From: Octopus vulgaris
Taxonomy: Eukaryota
Assembly: GCA_951406725.2 (NCBI GenBank)
Contig: OX597816.1
Span: 94,364,001 to 94,428,000 of the forward strand
DNA: 64,000 nt
Reading direction: 5' to 3'
Below are positions 1-13,692 of the stretch, one piece after another. The notes below the pieces were generated by a model. That model worked only from the letters and a program-made list of their open reading frames with translations. It was not told the DNA's origin and searched no databases. The position numbers and the translations under genes are program-made. The first letter of the stretch is position 1. Each line of letters begins with the position of its first letter.

Positions 1-1120
1 CGGCACTGGTAACACATCTGCAATTTCCATTGATCGATTTCCATTGATCGATTTCGATTCTGATCCTCACTTGCCTCAATGGGTCTTCACAAGCAGAGTT
101 TCGACATGCCACCGGCACTGGTAGCACATCCGCAATTTCCATTGATCGATTTCGATTCTGATCCTCACTTGCCTCAACACGTCTTCACAAGTAGAGTTTT
201 GTGTCCCAAGAAGGGAAGGTATGCATACGTAGGCTGGCTCCATCCCATGTAGAAGGCCACGGGTTGTGGACTCACTTGTCCTGCCGGGTCTTCTCGCGCA
301 CAGCACACTTCCAGAGGTCTCGGTCTCTAGTCATTTCCTCAGTGAGACCTAAAGTTCGAAGGTCGTGCTTCACCACCTCGTCCCAGGTTTTCCTGGGTCT
401 GCCTCTTCCACAGGTTCCCTCAACCGCTAGGGCGTGGCACTTTTTCACACAACTATCTTCATCCATTCTCGCCACATGACCATACCAGCGCAAACGTCTC
501 TCTTGCACACCACAACTGATGCTTCTTAGGTCCAGCTTTTCTCTCAAGGTACTTACACTCTGCCGAGTGTGAGTACTGACATTACACATCCATCGGAGCA
601 TACTGGCTTCATTTCTAGCGAGCTTACGCATATCCTCAGCAGTCACGGCCCATGTTTCACTGCCATGTAGCATGGCTGTTCGTACACACGCATCATACAG
701 TCTGCCTTTCACTCTGTGCGAGAGGCCTTTTGTCACCAGCAGAGGTAAGAGCTCTCTGAACTTTGCCCAAGCTATTCTTACTCTAGCAGTTACACTTTCA
801 GCACACCCGCCCCCGCTGCTGACTTGGTCACCTAGGTAACGGAAACTATCAACTATTTCTAGTTTTTCTCCCTGGAAAGTGACAGAAGTTGGTCTCAGAG
901 CATTTTCAGTGTTTATTGTTCCTGAGCATCTGCCACATACAAAAACCATCTTCCTAGTTAGCCTTCCTTTGACATTGCTGCATCTCTTATGTGTCCATAG
1001 CTTACACTTGGTGCATCTTATAGAGTTTCTACCTACACCTTTTCTACAGATCGAGCAGGGCCATCTACCTGAAGGTGTTTGTGATTTGTCAACCTTCCTA
1101 CTGATTACGACTTTGGTTTC
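1..1120 (-). mobile_element. 5'-truncated RTE-clade LINE; RT C-terminus carries a PHD-like Cys/His insert; duplicated 3' UTR block at 1-180
   Basis: Open 283-aa ORF with FRYLG, RIAWAKFREL, RRLRWYGHVARM and GRGRPRKTW motifs. Confidence 0.92.
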
Positions 1121-2029
1121 CATTTCAGTATTTAGTGAAATGTAAGCATTTTTATCTATTACATTAATATCAAGCAGTGAGAATGAGTGCTCAACACCAC
1201 ATTGGTGGATAAATATTCTGGTTATTCATAGGGTCAAATCGTCCAACTACTATGTTAGCATGTTGGGAAAGCAGATCGTTCAACAATTCATTCAAGTCTG
1301 TACCTTGGGATATTAGTATTTGTCTCCATCTTGGAAAAACAAAGTATTTTTATCTATTTTTTTTTCTTTAATTTCTGTGAAGGCATGTGGCCTTTTGATT
1401 AGTGAGTCAGGTTCATGATCATTTGGTCTTGGGTCCATTTCCTGGCCAAGTGTCACACTGAATCCTCAAGAAAAACCCTTAATTTTACAATGCTTTAGTC
1501 CAGTGCTCCGCAAACATTTTTTCACTTGTAGTACACTTATATACTTTTCAAAATTTGGTGGTACACCTGAACTAAAAATGTAACTAAAAGTATATCTTTG
1601 TTCTGCATCTAAAGATGAAAACCTTTATTTTCATATGAAACATATAAACATGTACATCTTTTAGAACATTGTCACTTTATAAGATTTTGCTGACAAATTT
1701 TTAAATTAACAAAAACATTTATTTACATGAAAGAAAACACTGGAGAACTTTCATCTAATTCTTCCAAATTTTCTGTTAAAACTTTATTGTGGGGAATACT
1801 TTATCACAGCAAATGGTCACACACCACACGGTTCCATTAATCCTACTGAAGCATGCCAGCATGCACACAGCACTACCATGGGCTAAGGTGTTGGGAAAGC
1901 CAAGCACCCTCATGGGCATCACTTGACAACCTTAAAAATGCTTTAACTTCATCAGTTGAGACATCATCCTCCACACAGTAAGGGAAAATTCTCCACCACT
2001 TTATCACTTTGCTTGGCAAACTTACCAGG

Positions 2030-2797
2030 AGAATGGATGTGGATAGCTGTGTGAAAAAGTGCCACTCCCTAGTGGATGAGGGAACCTGTGGAAGAGGTAG
2101 ATCCAGGAAGACCTGGGATGAGGTGGTGAAGCATGACCTTCAAATATTGGGCCTCACTGAGGCAATGACTAGTGACCAAGACCTTTGGAAATATGCTGTG
2201 CTTGAGAAGACTTGGCAAGCTTAAGTGAGACCATAACCTTGTGGTCTATGCCAGAGGTGTAACCAGCCCACTTATGCGTACCTTTCCTTCATTGGACACT
2301 AAACTCTGCTTGGGAAGACCTGCTGAGGCAAGTGAAATCGAAATCAAATTCGATGACTGGCATCCGTGCTAGTGGACCACTAAGAGTACCATACGAATGT
2401 GATTGTTGCCAGAGCAACAAGCTGGCCTCCATGCCAATGGCACGTAAAAAGCAACATTCGAGTGTGATCGTTACCCGCATCGTCTTACTGGCACATGAAA
2501 AAACATTCAACGAGGTCGTTGCCAATGCCACTGAACTGGTTCCTGTGCAGGTGGCACATAAAAAGCACCATTTGAGCATGGCCAATGCCAGTACCGCCTG
2601 ACTTGCCCTCGTGCTAGTGGCATGTAAAAGCACCAACTACACTCTTGGAGTGGTTGGCATTAGGAAGGGCATCCAGCTGTAGAAACTCTGCCAGATCCGA
2701 TTGGAGTCTGGTGCAGCCATCTGGTTTGCCAGACCTCAGTCAAATCGTCCAACCGATGTTAGCATGGAAAGCAGACGTTAAACGATGATGATGATGA
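2030..2797 (+). mobile_element. RTE LINE 3' end with (GAT)n tail, same family as 1-1120
   Basis: MDVDSCVKKCHSL...GRSRKTWDEVVKHDL; ends in gatgatgatgatga. Confidence 0.88.
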
Positions 2798-2799
2798 AC

Positions 2800-3460
2800 T
2801 CCAAATGTGAGCTCTCACTCTTCAACCACCCAGCTTTGCATGAGCAGACTACTAAACTATTTGTTGACCCCCCCCCCTCAATTGCGATTCCTTCTTCATC
2901 AGCATGGTACTCTTTGAGCCCCAATTACTGACCTAGCTTTTGAATCCATCTTTAGATCTAAAATAGCCAACCTCGAACAACTTTTAAAAAACCTTGAAGT
3001 ATTTGAGTCCCACCAAGGTATTTTTATACTTAGGAATTACTTGTTAATTCCTAAGCAATTAAATTTTCTGAGTGTTAGTCCCTCTTACAGATTCCTGTCA
3101 TCCCTCCAATACTTTGATGACCTAATCTTCAGGAAACTCAAATGCCCCTCGACCCCACAGGTCTTCAAGGTCTGTCTTGCCACCTAAATGCTGGTCACTT
3201 CACTCATTACACCGAGCTAAACTTAATTATTAAGTGGGCCCTGGCTCAGCTTAATATCCCCTCAGTTCTGGAGCTGTCAGGGTTATCCAGAAGTGATCGA
3301 AAGTGATCAAATGGTCTTATCCTCTGTCCTCTAACCCACTACTGATGTTCTTGTCAATACCGGTAGCTTGCCTAACCGAGGTGTCAAGTGATTGTCATGA
3401 GGGCGCTTGGCTTTCCCAATGCCTGAGCCTTGCCATTGCCCATGGTATATGTTACCGAGT
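2800..3460 (+). mobile_element. Degraded CRE-like non-LTR remnant (RLE region)
   Basis: Decayed GLSCHLNAGH...LNLIIK.AL...IPSVLE.SGLSRSD.K..NGL and LSLAIA.G motifs. Confidence 0.55.
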
Positions 3461-4720
3461 CATAAAATAATCACTTGCAAGTGATTTTTTTTAAATCAGT
3501 TTTTACTGGTGTACATGGTGTTAAAATCCTGGTAGCCTCATGTAGTGAAAAACCCTGTATACGTGTTATTTCACGGTAAACAGTGCAAAGGTACAGAAGG
3601 TATGAGTAAAGTGATGATTTAGTTTGTGTTGATTTCACAAGTAACAATGGTTGAATATAACAGCATGCTGGTTTTTAGGATGGAGAAGTCACCAGTTCAT
3701 ATTGTTGTTGCTTGATAGAACAGACCTATGACCAAAAGTGTTCCTTCTATGACCAGCCAGTTATTTCATTGGTTTTGCATAAACAAGGACAATGATGTAT
3801 ATTATATATTCATTCAGAGCAGTAAAAATAACAAACACTGTTTACAACACTATGAGTGTGTCACCAACCATTCCCAATGGGGAGGAGCTCACATATTTCT
3901 GACATGCATATGAAACAACTTTCAGCAAAGCAAAAAATGTCTTCATAAATAATATTCCCTGCAAACACTAAATTATAACAGTCTTCTGATCTCTTGCCAA
4001 AAGAGTCTCACCTAACTCTGCAGAATCCTCTCTACTTGCCATTCTCTATTCAAGATGGCTGTGCTTCTACTGCTAAAAATTTACACAATTACTACTTGTT
4101 TAGTCTCCCTTTCTATGGTCTACATTCACACATACGCTCATGCATGCACACACAAAATAGAAAGAGCAACAAAACTCTTGCATTTTCTTCCTATATTCCA
4201 ACTATCCTCCATCACACACTCAAAGCAAACACAGCACTCAAGATTCTTCAGACTTTTTCCATTTGTATGGATGTCACAAACTAAGGAAAACATAATGATG
4301 TGTCCCATCTCCTTACAAACACAACTTCTCTAACCCTGCTAACTAATAACCTATTGCATTCAAAATCTCAAAGAAAATAGAGAGTATCATGAACAATACA
4401 ATATCTCTTTATTTTTGGCGTCACCCTTTTGAATAATATCTTCACTTAGATTTGAAGCTACACAGGTTTCATTAAGTGTATTGTCATTATTACATAAGCC
4501 AGTTGGCTCTATTACTAAGAAATTTAGTGGTTCTTTTATCGTTTTCAGTCAGCAGACTGTGGCCACGCTGGGGCACCGCCTTGAAGAATTTTAATTGAAA
4601 AATTGATACCAGCTATTGCTTTTTTATGCCTGGTACTTCATTATTGGATGAGTAGGGTGTGGGTGATATTTTCAATTCACTAGGCTTAATCAAACAGACT
4701 GATAAATTATTTTACTTTAC

Positions 4721-4855
4721 CTTCGACCGTTTCATCTTTTCCACCTTTGCATTTATCACAGGATTTTTTACAGTTAGTTAACATGTATACAGGATTCAGT
4801 TTACACTCGTTCATCTGAGCCCATACCGCACATGACCTATGGTTGTCTCTACAAA
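4721..4855 (-). CDS. Astacin gene A ShKT-domain exon (CRDNHRSCAVWAQMNECKLNPVYMLTNCKKSCDKC...); gene continues beyond the left edge
   Basis: Six-Cys ShKT pattern CxD...C..WA...EC..NP.YM...CKKSC..C; CAG/GT boundaries; no stop codon. Confidence 0.92.
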
Positions 4856-5189
4856 CTGTAATCAAAATGAAAAAAAAATTATTTATGCTGAGACATTTTC
4901 CTTTATATACAGCTTCTTCAGCTGATAAGATGCCTGTCTATCATCTCAATGTGACTTTGGCATGAGTAAAGAGATGTGACTCTCTTGGAGTTAACAGATG
5001 TAAACAACAAATATTTATATTGTTGAAAATTATTTCATTACACTTGCAGTATTAAACTTGAATCTTCCAATGAACAGCATTGCTTTGCACTAGTTCTTGA
5101 GTAAAGTTATTCTTAGCTGAGTGCCTCAGAAGCTTAAATAAAATTCAGTTAATATCAGTAGTTATTTCAACATTAAAGAATTGACTTAC

Positions 5190-5234
5190 TCTTTTCTTCT
5201 GTAGGTTCAGTTACACCTCCATCACCACTTGTAT
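5190..5234 (-). CDS. Astacin gene A linker exon (DTSGDGGVTEPTEEK)
   Basis: CAG/GTAAGT boundaries, phase 1-1, open in frame. Confidence 0.75.
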
Positions 5235-5668
5235 CTGTAATAATCAATCGTAACAAAACTTGTTATACAACCAAAAACAAACAAATTTCATTGTACAGAG
5301 CCACCTGGATTGTTCATCCCTAATATCTCTCCTACTGATCATCCTCACCCTCCCTACTAAATATGACTAACCACACAATTCTACTACAAGAGCCTGCTCT
5401 ACCCCACTTCTTTCATAATTTAATCCTTTGACGCCCCAGTATAAAGTCAACACCCCACTCCCTTGGGGTTTATAGTCTTGTGAGCTGCATGGTGACCTTG
5501 GCAGTGCTGGTGGCACACAAAAAAAGCATTCAGTTCACATTATAAAGTAACTGGCATTAGAAAGGGCACCCAGCCAAAGAAACTATTCTAAAGCAGATAC
5601 TGTCCTTGGATTCATCTTCATCAGATCCTGTTAACCAATCCAACCCATGCTTGCACGGAACATGGACA

Positions 5669-5897
5669 TTAAACCTTTCGTTACTGTATTTATTTTGAGA
5701 TGCTCTGTGTTTCTTTCAATTAATTTTAAATATAACAAAGAATTTAGTAAAATAACTTAGTAATCATTCAGCTAGTGTTAGGAACCTAAATTGTGACTAA
5801 GGTTTGGTGGAAGATTTTAATTCAGAACGATTGAAAACAAGGCATTTGTACTCAAAGACAGAGCCGGTTTCAGCTGGGTTGGTAATGAAAGGGTTAA
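5669..5897. mobile_element. piggyBac-type MITE
   Basis: TTAA on both sides, TIRs CCTTTCGTTAC / GTAATGAAAGGG; same TIR as at 35866. Confidence 0.75.
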
Positions 5898-6584
5898 ATG
5901 ACAGTGATCTCACTTTCTTTATGTCTCTTTCCAAATCTCACTAACACTTTATATCATTCTTGTTCTTCAAAAAGCATTATAAATGCATCACAATCATCAC
6001 TCATGAGTGAGTGAAGCTTGGAAACATGTACCATGCCTTTGTTAATTGCTTTAGGTGTCTTTATAGTCACGAACATACAGATGATGTAGTAATGATAATC
6101 TTTTTATTATAGGCACACAGCCTGAAATTTGGTGGGAGGGGGCTGGTCAAGTACATTGACCTCTGTGTCCAGCTGATACTTATTTTATCTGCCTCAAAAG
6201 GATAAAAGGCAAAGTCAGCCTCTGTAGCATTTGAACACAATGAGGTGCAAAAAACGTTGCTATTCACTTTGTCCAGTTGGTAGCCTTAATAATAATAATA
6301 ATAATAATAACAATAATAATAACAACAACACTAATGATGGTTTCAAATTTTGATACAAGGCCAGCAAATTCAAGGGAAAGGATAGTCGGTCACATCGACC
6401 CCAGTACTCAACTGATACTTATTTTATCAACCCCAAAAAGATGAAAATCAACCTCAGCAGAATCTGAACTCAAAACCTAAAGACTGATGAAATGCCACTA
6501 AGCATTTTGAAATATTAATAATAATCATAGTAATAATAAAGATTTCTTTTATTGGCCACAAGGGCCCAAGACATGGAGGGAAAA

Positions 6585-7172
6585 AGCTCAACCACAACCG
6601 AGAAGGGAACTTCATGGAAAAACGGTTCTCTCTATCTGGTGGGATTGCAAAGGAGTAATTCACTTTCAATTGTTACCACCTAATACAACAATCAGTGCTT
6701 AAGTCTACTGTCAGCAATTAGAGTGTTTGAACCAAGCTTTGAAGAAAAAAAGACCCGCTTTAGTGAATCAAAAAGGAGTGATGTTTCATCAGGACAATGC
6801 GCGACCCCATACAGCAAAGATCACTTCACAAAAGATTGAAGAGTTTGGTTGGGAAAAAAATTCCTCATCCTCCTTATTCTGCCGACCTTGCTCCTTCAGA
6901 CTACCATTTGTTTCGTAGTTTACAGAATCATTTGGGGGACATAACTTTCGCAAGCCAGGAGGATGTAGAAACTGATATTTCAGAGTTCTTCACTTTGAAA
7001 CCAAAAGAGATTTACATTGATAGGATTAAAAAGCTTGTAAATAGATGGAAGGAAGTCATAGATAATCAGGGAAAGTACATTGATGATTAAATTTCAGTTA
7101 AATATAACATTTGATCACTTGTTTTCTTTTCTTTATTTAAAATTCGGACAGAACTTATGGGATGACCCGATA
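6585..7172 (+). mobile_element. mariner (DD34D) 3' half with right TIR
   Basis: HQDNARPHT and HPPYSADLAPSDYHLF motifs, frameshifted; TIR matches 28209-28240. Confidence 0.92.
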
Positions 7173-7439
7173 ATTCATTGACCCCAAAAGGAAGAAAGGT
7201 AAAGTCAACCTCAGTGGCATTTGAACTCAGAACATAGTGATGGGCAAAATACCATTAAGCATTTTGTCCAGCATGCAAACGTTCTGCCAGCTCAACACCT
7301 TAATAATAATAATAATAAAATGCACTCTTGGATACCGGAATGCCTGAAACTATTTAGTTTAGCCAATAACAGAATTCTTCAGGTGTATGTACACAAGACT
7401 GAGCTGATAACATCAGAAGAGAGACCTGGAGGCATTCAA

Positions 7440-8290
7440 ATAAGAAGAATCTGCTAACATGATAGTGCATCATTGATATTGTATACATTGTACATGATAG
7501 CAGTGACATTGCTATCAGGAGTGGGATATCCATTGGAATTGAAACAATTTAAAATCAACAGAAATTTGTTTTTCATAGTCAATATTAAACTGTTTGGGAA
7601 GAATGAAAAGCTAGATAATTTAATTAAAATTATCCATTTATTTAGCAAAGGCACCGGAAAGGAATTTGAGATAAAGTGTGGTATAACTTAAAAAGAAAAT
7701 AAAGTGTTGGTATATGTGATAGTGTAATTTGATGGTGAAGTAATGAGGGATATTGGTAAGGACATATATAAGCACTTAGGATTACGAGTCAGCAACATCA
7801 AAAAATTTGATTGAAGGAACTATGAGGAAAAGAATACCGGATATGATTAAAATTGGTGTCTAAGTCAAAATTAACTGGAAGAAACATGATATAAATAAAT
7901 ATATGGAAGGAGATATTAAGCAGGGATAATCAAATGGAATAGAGGAGAATTCCTAAAGTTTGACAGGTGTAAAAACCCATGACAATGGAGCATTCCACCT
8001 TAAATGTTCGTTAATAGGCTCTATGTATTCAGGGAAACAGGAAAAGATGTGATTAGTTACTGGAATCGTAGAGGCATGGAAAGAATCAACAATGATATAT
8101 AGTTAGTAATCTGCATTGATGAATCACAGCTCCAGTACTATGGACATGTGATTAGAATGACATGGGAAAAGAATTGCAACACAGACTCTTCAAGCTGAGC
8201 CAAGCAGTAGAAGACCTACAGGCAGACTAAGAATGAGATAACTGAAGAAATATCCATAGCCTCAGTAGAATACGTTTGGGAATCCATCCA
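7440..8290 (+). mobile_element. Old LINE RT fragments
   Basis: Decayed IIHLF, YKHLG and LQYYGHVIRM motifs. Confidence 0.5.
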
Positions 8291-8545
8291 CAAAGTCTAA
8301 TAATTTACCACTCAATAATTTCTCATTTAGGTACAAGACCAGCATCTTTTGTGAAGAGGGATTTAATCGATACGAATAATCCCAGTACTTCACTGGTACT
8401 TTACCCACCTGAGAAATGAAAGGCAGAGTTGACTTCAGTTAGGTTTGAACTTAAACGGTAAAATGCCAGATGAAATACCACAAGGCATTGTTCCTAACAC
8501 AAGCGATTCTACCAAATAATAACTCATTACTTGTAAAACACATAC

Positions 8546-8644
8546 CTGGACATTTTCTTATAGACTTCTTTAAGTCTGGGCAGTAACATTCACAGTCCTT
8601 CGCCACAAAACCATTTCTGGGACAAGACTTTTTCGGACAATTTC
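8546..8644 (-). CDS. Astacin gene A Cys-rich EGF-like exon (GNCPKKSCPRNGFVAKDCECYCPDLKKSIRKCP)
   Basis: TAG/GTATGT boundaries, phase 1-1; C..C..GF...CxCxC pattern typical after invertebrate astacin domains. Confidence 0.88.
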
Positions 8645-8797
8645 CTAGAAATATATAAAGAATTCCTTTTACTTTTACTTTTGTGCATACAACTATACAT
8701 AAGAAACCTGTGAGGATTGAGCAGTAGGAAGGGATGATGGATGAATTGATATGTTTAATAAAATAAAGACAGCGATGCGTATAACGTTTATTATGTA

Positions 8798-10712
8798 CTA
8801 GGAGAGAAACCTGGCGTTGCTCGGAATTAAAACGGCATAGTTTGCGTGTGTGTGTGTGTGTGTGTGTGTATTACAGTTATGTTGAAACAGGTGATACAGG
8901 AAAGTGCAACATTGACGACAAAACATTTGTGGAGTAAATTTTAAAACTTTGCATAAAAGACAATTTGAGTTTAGCACACCAATTTGGAAAGAATTATCAT
9001 TTTTTAAGAATGGGATGGATCATATCTGAAAGCAGCTCCAGGTGTTGTGAAGGATGAATTTGTACGTGTTCTGTTTCTGAGAGCTATTCTATAGGACCTT
9101 TGTGCAATCTAGCGTTCTAAACGTTGTTTTAATTATTCAGCATTAAGTGCTACAGTTATATCTTTGTTGATCTTAGGAAAGTCTCATCTCCCTTCTCTTT
9201 TGAGTCTGTATTTGACGTGCTGCAGCATGCGTTTGGTGATCTTTGGAAAGTGTAATGTCCCTTCCGTATTGAGACTACATCTGACGTACTGCCTTTGTTG
9301 ATCTTGAAAAAGTCATGTTCCTTATCTCTTGAGACTCTCGCCTTCGGTTTTCTGCACCTCTTGCTTTATAGACGTTTCTGGAGAGATTACGTTTTTTTCA
9401 ATATTTTAAACATATAATTATGATATATATACATTAATCTTTATTTTTGTAAGCAGTTGTATGTATGTAGTATGTCTATATTTTTTGTATGCAGTGTAAA
9501 TTAACCAAATTTAAGCAAATTGTAAATACCTTGCAACTGCTGCGATAATTATGAACTGTTTGTTGAACGGTAGATGTGCATTTTTATATGACTTGAAACT
9601 TCCACGTAATTGTGTTTTGTCAAGAGTTTCACTTCCAGCCGTTCTCGTCACATATGTATATGTATGTGTAGATGTATGTGTGTGTTTAATAACGTACGTA
9701 ACGGGCGCGCAAACACACACATTCTCAGAGACAAATACATATTCATATACAAAATGTGACGATACATATTCATATACAAAATGTGACACATTCACTTTCA
9801 CATACAGCCACATACATATAGTAAGAGAGACACATACACACTCATATATGTGACGTCGTCGTGATATAAAATGTCCTTCACTATCTCGTACGTATCGAAC
9901 GCGCAAACACACACACAAAAGTGAAACAATATTACAGTCATACCACATTAGAATTAAAAGTGAAATAATGAAAGTGAAACAATATTATATCAAACAAGGA
10001 AGTCAATTTGTGGGCAGAAATTATAAACCCCATTTCAGCGTATAAATCTGTAGAAAAAAATAGCTTGAGTGAAAAACTTAAGTCACTTTAGGATATCTAT
10101 TTCTAACGCATGAACGCTCAGTGGCGCGGTTGAGTTCTCATTAGTAAGGAAGGCTTATCGACTGTGTCAAAGGTTTTCGACAGAGAGAGAAATGTAAATA
10201 GTGTATTTAAATAGAAGGAGTGCAAAAAATTTTAAATAAGTAATGTTGTAGAGAGACCGTACAAATAGTGTGAAGACAAAGATATTTATGCACGGCAAAA
10301 CTGAAATACACTGAAGTCAATTTTCAGAGAGAGAAAGAGTGAGAGTGAGTGAGTGAAAGAAACAGACATAGACTTAAAGAGAGGAAGTATTGCAGAGGGT
10401 GAAGGTGAGAAAAAGAAAGAGTAGAGATAAATAAATAGAGAGAAAAAAAGGGAGAGAATTGCTTAAAAACTGCAGAAGTCAAAAGGAGAGAATCGGTTGA
10501 AACTGCAGTTTTTAGAGAATTACTCACGTAAAATACGTTTTTCCCCCGGTCAGTTCCTCGCATTACGCAGGAGCTCTGGGTGAAATGTTATAGTGCATGA
10601 CTATTCTTGGCACATAAGTAAGGTGTGTGAAGTTTGGTGAAAATCGGTTGAAAACTGTAGAAATGCATACGTACTACACACACACAGATATCCTTTGATT
10701 TATATACATAGA
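8798..10712 (-). mobile_element. Non-autonomous Helitron, about 1.9 kb
   Basis: Minus-strand 5' TC, 3' CCGAGCAACGCCAGG hairpin followed by CTAG, A/T insertion site. Confidence 0.7.
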
Positions 10713-12859
10713 TATACAAATGTGGAACGGTGTTAGTTGTAATATTTTGTCTCAGAGAAATGTCTGAAAGAGACTTGTGTATTAATAGCACAGAGCCTGC
10801 TCAGCATCATGTCGCTGGATCATCAAACACACTGTTTTTACTTAATTTGGTCTCCTCAGTGACAAACACTACCAAGTACGTATATTAATTTAGTTCTGGC
10901 CGGTTTCCGCACAATTTAGTTAAAGATTTGTTTACTGATTTCCATATCATAGCTTTCAGGAGTGTGGAACCACCTCCCAGTCACTTTTGTTCCAGGTCTC
11001 TTCTGACCTGTGGTAGTAGCACCAATCGAGGTCCCAGCTATAAATTAATTAACATGTAATGGAAGAAACTCCGAGCACAAACGTACACTGTCTTGTGAGT
11101 ACCTTGGGAAAGGAAAAGGCTAGAGGTATCAATCTTGGAAGCTATTTAAAGAGTGGTGTCCCTCAAGCGGACCGATGCCTTTTTGATACCTTTCTGGCAA
11201 CTCTAGAACAGGTAGAGCTCTCCAGCCCTGTAAGGTAATTTACTAGGAGAAGGTCACTTCAATGTTAAATCTACAATTTGCTGATTGTCGCAACAGTCTT
11301 AGCCCGCTAAGTCACTGTGACTATGTCTCCAAGTCTAAAGAGTGAGACTGGAGTGTGCGAACTGACTCCTATTTTAAAATTACTAAGCGCCGGTAAGGAG
11401 AAAATCTCAGTAGTAATGGAGAAAAGACGAAAACGACAGGTACTAGATGATTCTGGCAGTCGCATCAACTCCACATATAGGCTTTGCCTCTCTTCCTCAT
11501 TATCATCAGAAATAAATGTTATACACATCGCTATTCTAATCTCATACCATTTTAAGTGTGCTGATTTAAAAGATGATTTGCAATTTTTTAAACCTATCAA
11601 ACTCCTTGATGGAGAAAGAAATTATAAGGGTGTAAAATTTAATTTGTCATTTCTCCTTTAGAGGAGAATCAAAAATTATACACAGGACAGTTTGATAGCT
11701 ACAGGTCTAGATTACATTCTCTTAGTGTAGAAGTGAAACTAAAATAGCAATAGACATTTTCATTTCTTTCAGTTAATACTCACTCCTAGATTTTGTATCA
11801 CACAGAGTGGTTAGAATTTGTAAAAGAAAATTACACGTGGTGAAAGCAATGCGGGAGCCTTATGCAGTCTTTTAACCAGTCAGAAATCTCGCTCAAACTG
11901 CACTCTACTATTGTATAAAAGAAAAGATACATTTGATTATGTAGCCCACAGCCAGATTAGTCGTTGCTGGAGCACCTTTGAGCTGGAATTAGACAGCAAA
12001 ATTTACATAACGTTCTCATCGTGATTTACAAGTCTTCGATAACATCCTACCATAAAATAAGATTTTAAAAATTTTGTTAACCTTCACTCACCAATATAGA
12101 ATTACCAATCCAAAAACTCGCTGTCGTTTCTCTCCTATTCTCATATATTCTTTTACTCTTTTATTCTTTTACTTGTTTCAGTCATTTGACTGCTACCATG
12201 GTGAGCACTGCCTTGAAGGGTTTTAGTCCAACAAATCGACCTCAGGACTCATTACTTATTTTAAAGCCTAGGACTTATTCTATCGATCACCTGTACCGAA
12301 CCGTTATAGACGTATATATGAACATATTTGTGCGCGTATGGGTATATATACGTGTGTGTATGCGTGTGTGCGGGTATGTATATATGTACATGTATATGCA
12401 CATGTCTATGGTTACATATATGTGGGTGTACAAGCCTGTGTTTCACGCTAGTGTGAATGAGTATAAGCATATATAGCATGTGCGTATTTAGACGTGTATT
12501 TGAATATAATTGTGCGCGTATGACTATGTGCATGTGTGTGTGCGCGGATATGTATATGTGTACCTGTATGGTTGCATATATATGTGCATGTGCATGTATG
12601 TGTTTCACGCGAGTGTGAGTGAGCATATGCATATAAGCACATGTACGTGGGTGTGCATGCGCGCATGTGGTTGGATGTACATGCGCGCATATGCTATTTC
12701 TATAAACATTTTTACTTTTTACTTTTTTACTTTCTCCCCTTCGCTTATTCTCCTTTATTTAATGGTCATTCTCATAGTTCTTTTGTCTTAATAACGGTCA
12801 ATTACATAGTAATTTCCCTCTGTTTAACTGTCATTTTCATAGCATTTTTTTATTGTCTT

Positions 12860-12920
12860 AATAACTGACGAGATGCCGGAGCAGATTTCCGCCCCGTCAT
12901 CCGAAACTCAGAGTTTTATT
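12860..12920 (+). ncRNA. Type I Penelope-like hammerhead motif
   Basis: AATAA-CTGACGA-GATG...CATC-C-GAAA-CTC-A-GAG-TT-TTATT; stems I, II and III visible. Confidence 0.6.
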
Positions 12921-12938
12921 ATGGCAACCGAATAATTG

Positions 12939-12940
<2 letters not shown>

Positions 12941-12997
<57 letters not shown>
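12941..12997. repeat. (TA)n microsatellite; similar tracts at 47563-47622 and 49178-49209
   Basis: Directly visible. Confidence 0.95.
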
Positions 12998-12999
<2 letters not shown>

Positions 13000-13135
13000 C
13001 CACTGGTATTTATAGAGTGTTAAACACTTTCGGTATGCAAATTAGGGACTTCTTCATAGAGTAACTCTTGTATTTGTTGAGTATATAAACAGTTTGGCTG
13101 CTTGTTTCTCTGGAGGCTGTCAGAATGATGTAGAC

Positions 13136-13177
13136 GCTTCTGATGAGAACCCAGTAAGGTTCGAAAATCGATTAAGG
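13136..13177 (+). ncRNA. Minimal hammerhead motif with palindromic stem III
   Basis: CTGATGA-GAACC-cagtaa-GGTTC-GAAA-ATCGAT-TA; stem I is weak. Confidence 0.45.
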
Positions 13178-13245
13178 TTGTTCATTTTTTTTTCAGTCTG
13201 CGGAGAAATAGCTAAAAATTGCCCTGTTTACAATTATACCATGTT

Positions 13246-13277
<32 letters not shown>

Positions 13278-13653
13278 CGTGACTCTCCGTCGGTTACGAC
13301 GACGAAGCTCCCAGTTGATCCGATCAACGGAACAGCCTATCGTGAAATTAACGTGCAAGTGACTGAGCACTCCTCAGACACGTGTACCCTTAACGTAGTT
13401 CTCGGGGAGATTCAGCGTGACACAGAGTGTGACAAGGCTGGCCCATTGAAATACAGGTACAACAGAAATAGGAAGAAAGAGTGAGAGAAAGTTGTGGTGA
13501 AAGAATACAGCAAGGTTAGCTACCATCCCCTGCCGGATCCTCGTGGAGTTTTTAGGTGTTTTTGCTCAATAAGCACTCACAATGCTCGGTCTGGGGATTG
13601 AAACCGCGATCCTATGACCTCGAGTCCGCTGCTCTAACCAATGGACATTGCGC

Positions 13654-13655
<2 letters not shown>
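13278..13655 (-). mobile_element. tRNA-derived SINE, family 2
   Basis: tRNA-like head at the right end; 3' body is the reverse complement of 14766-14946. Confidence 0.8.
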
Positions 13656-13692
<37 letters not shown>

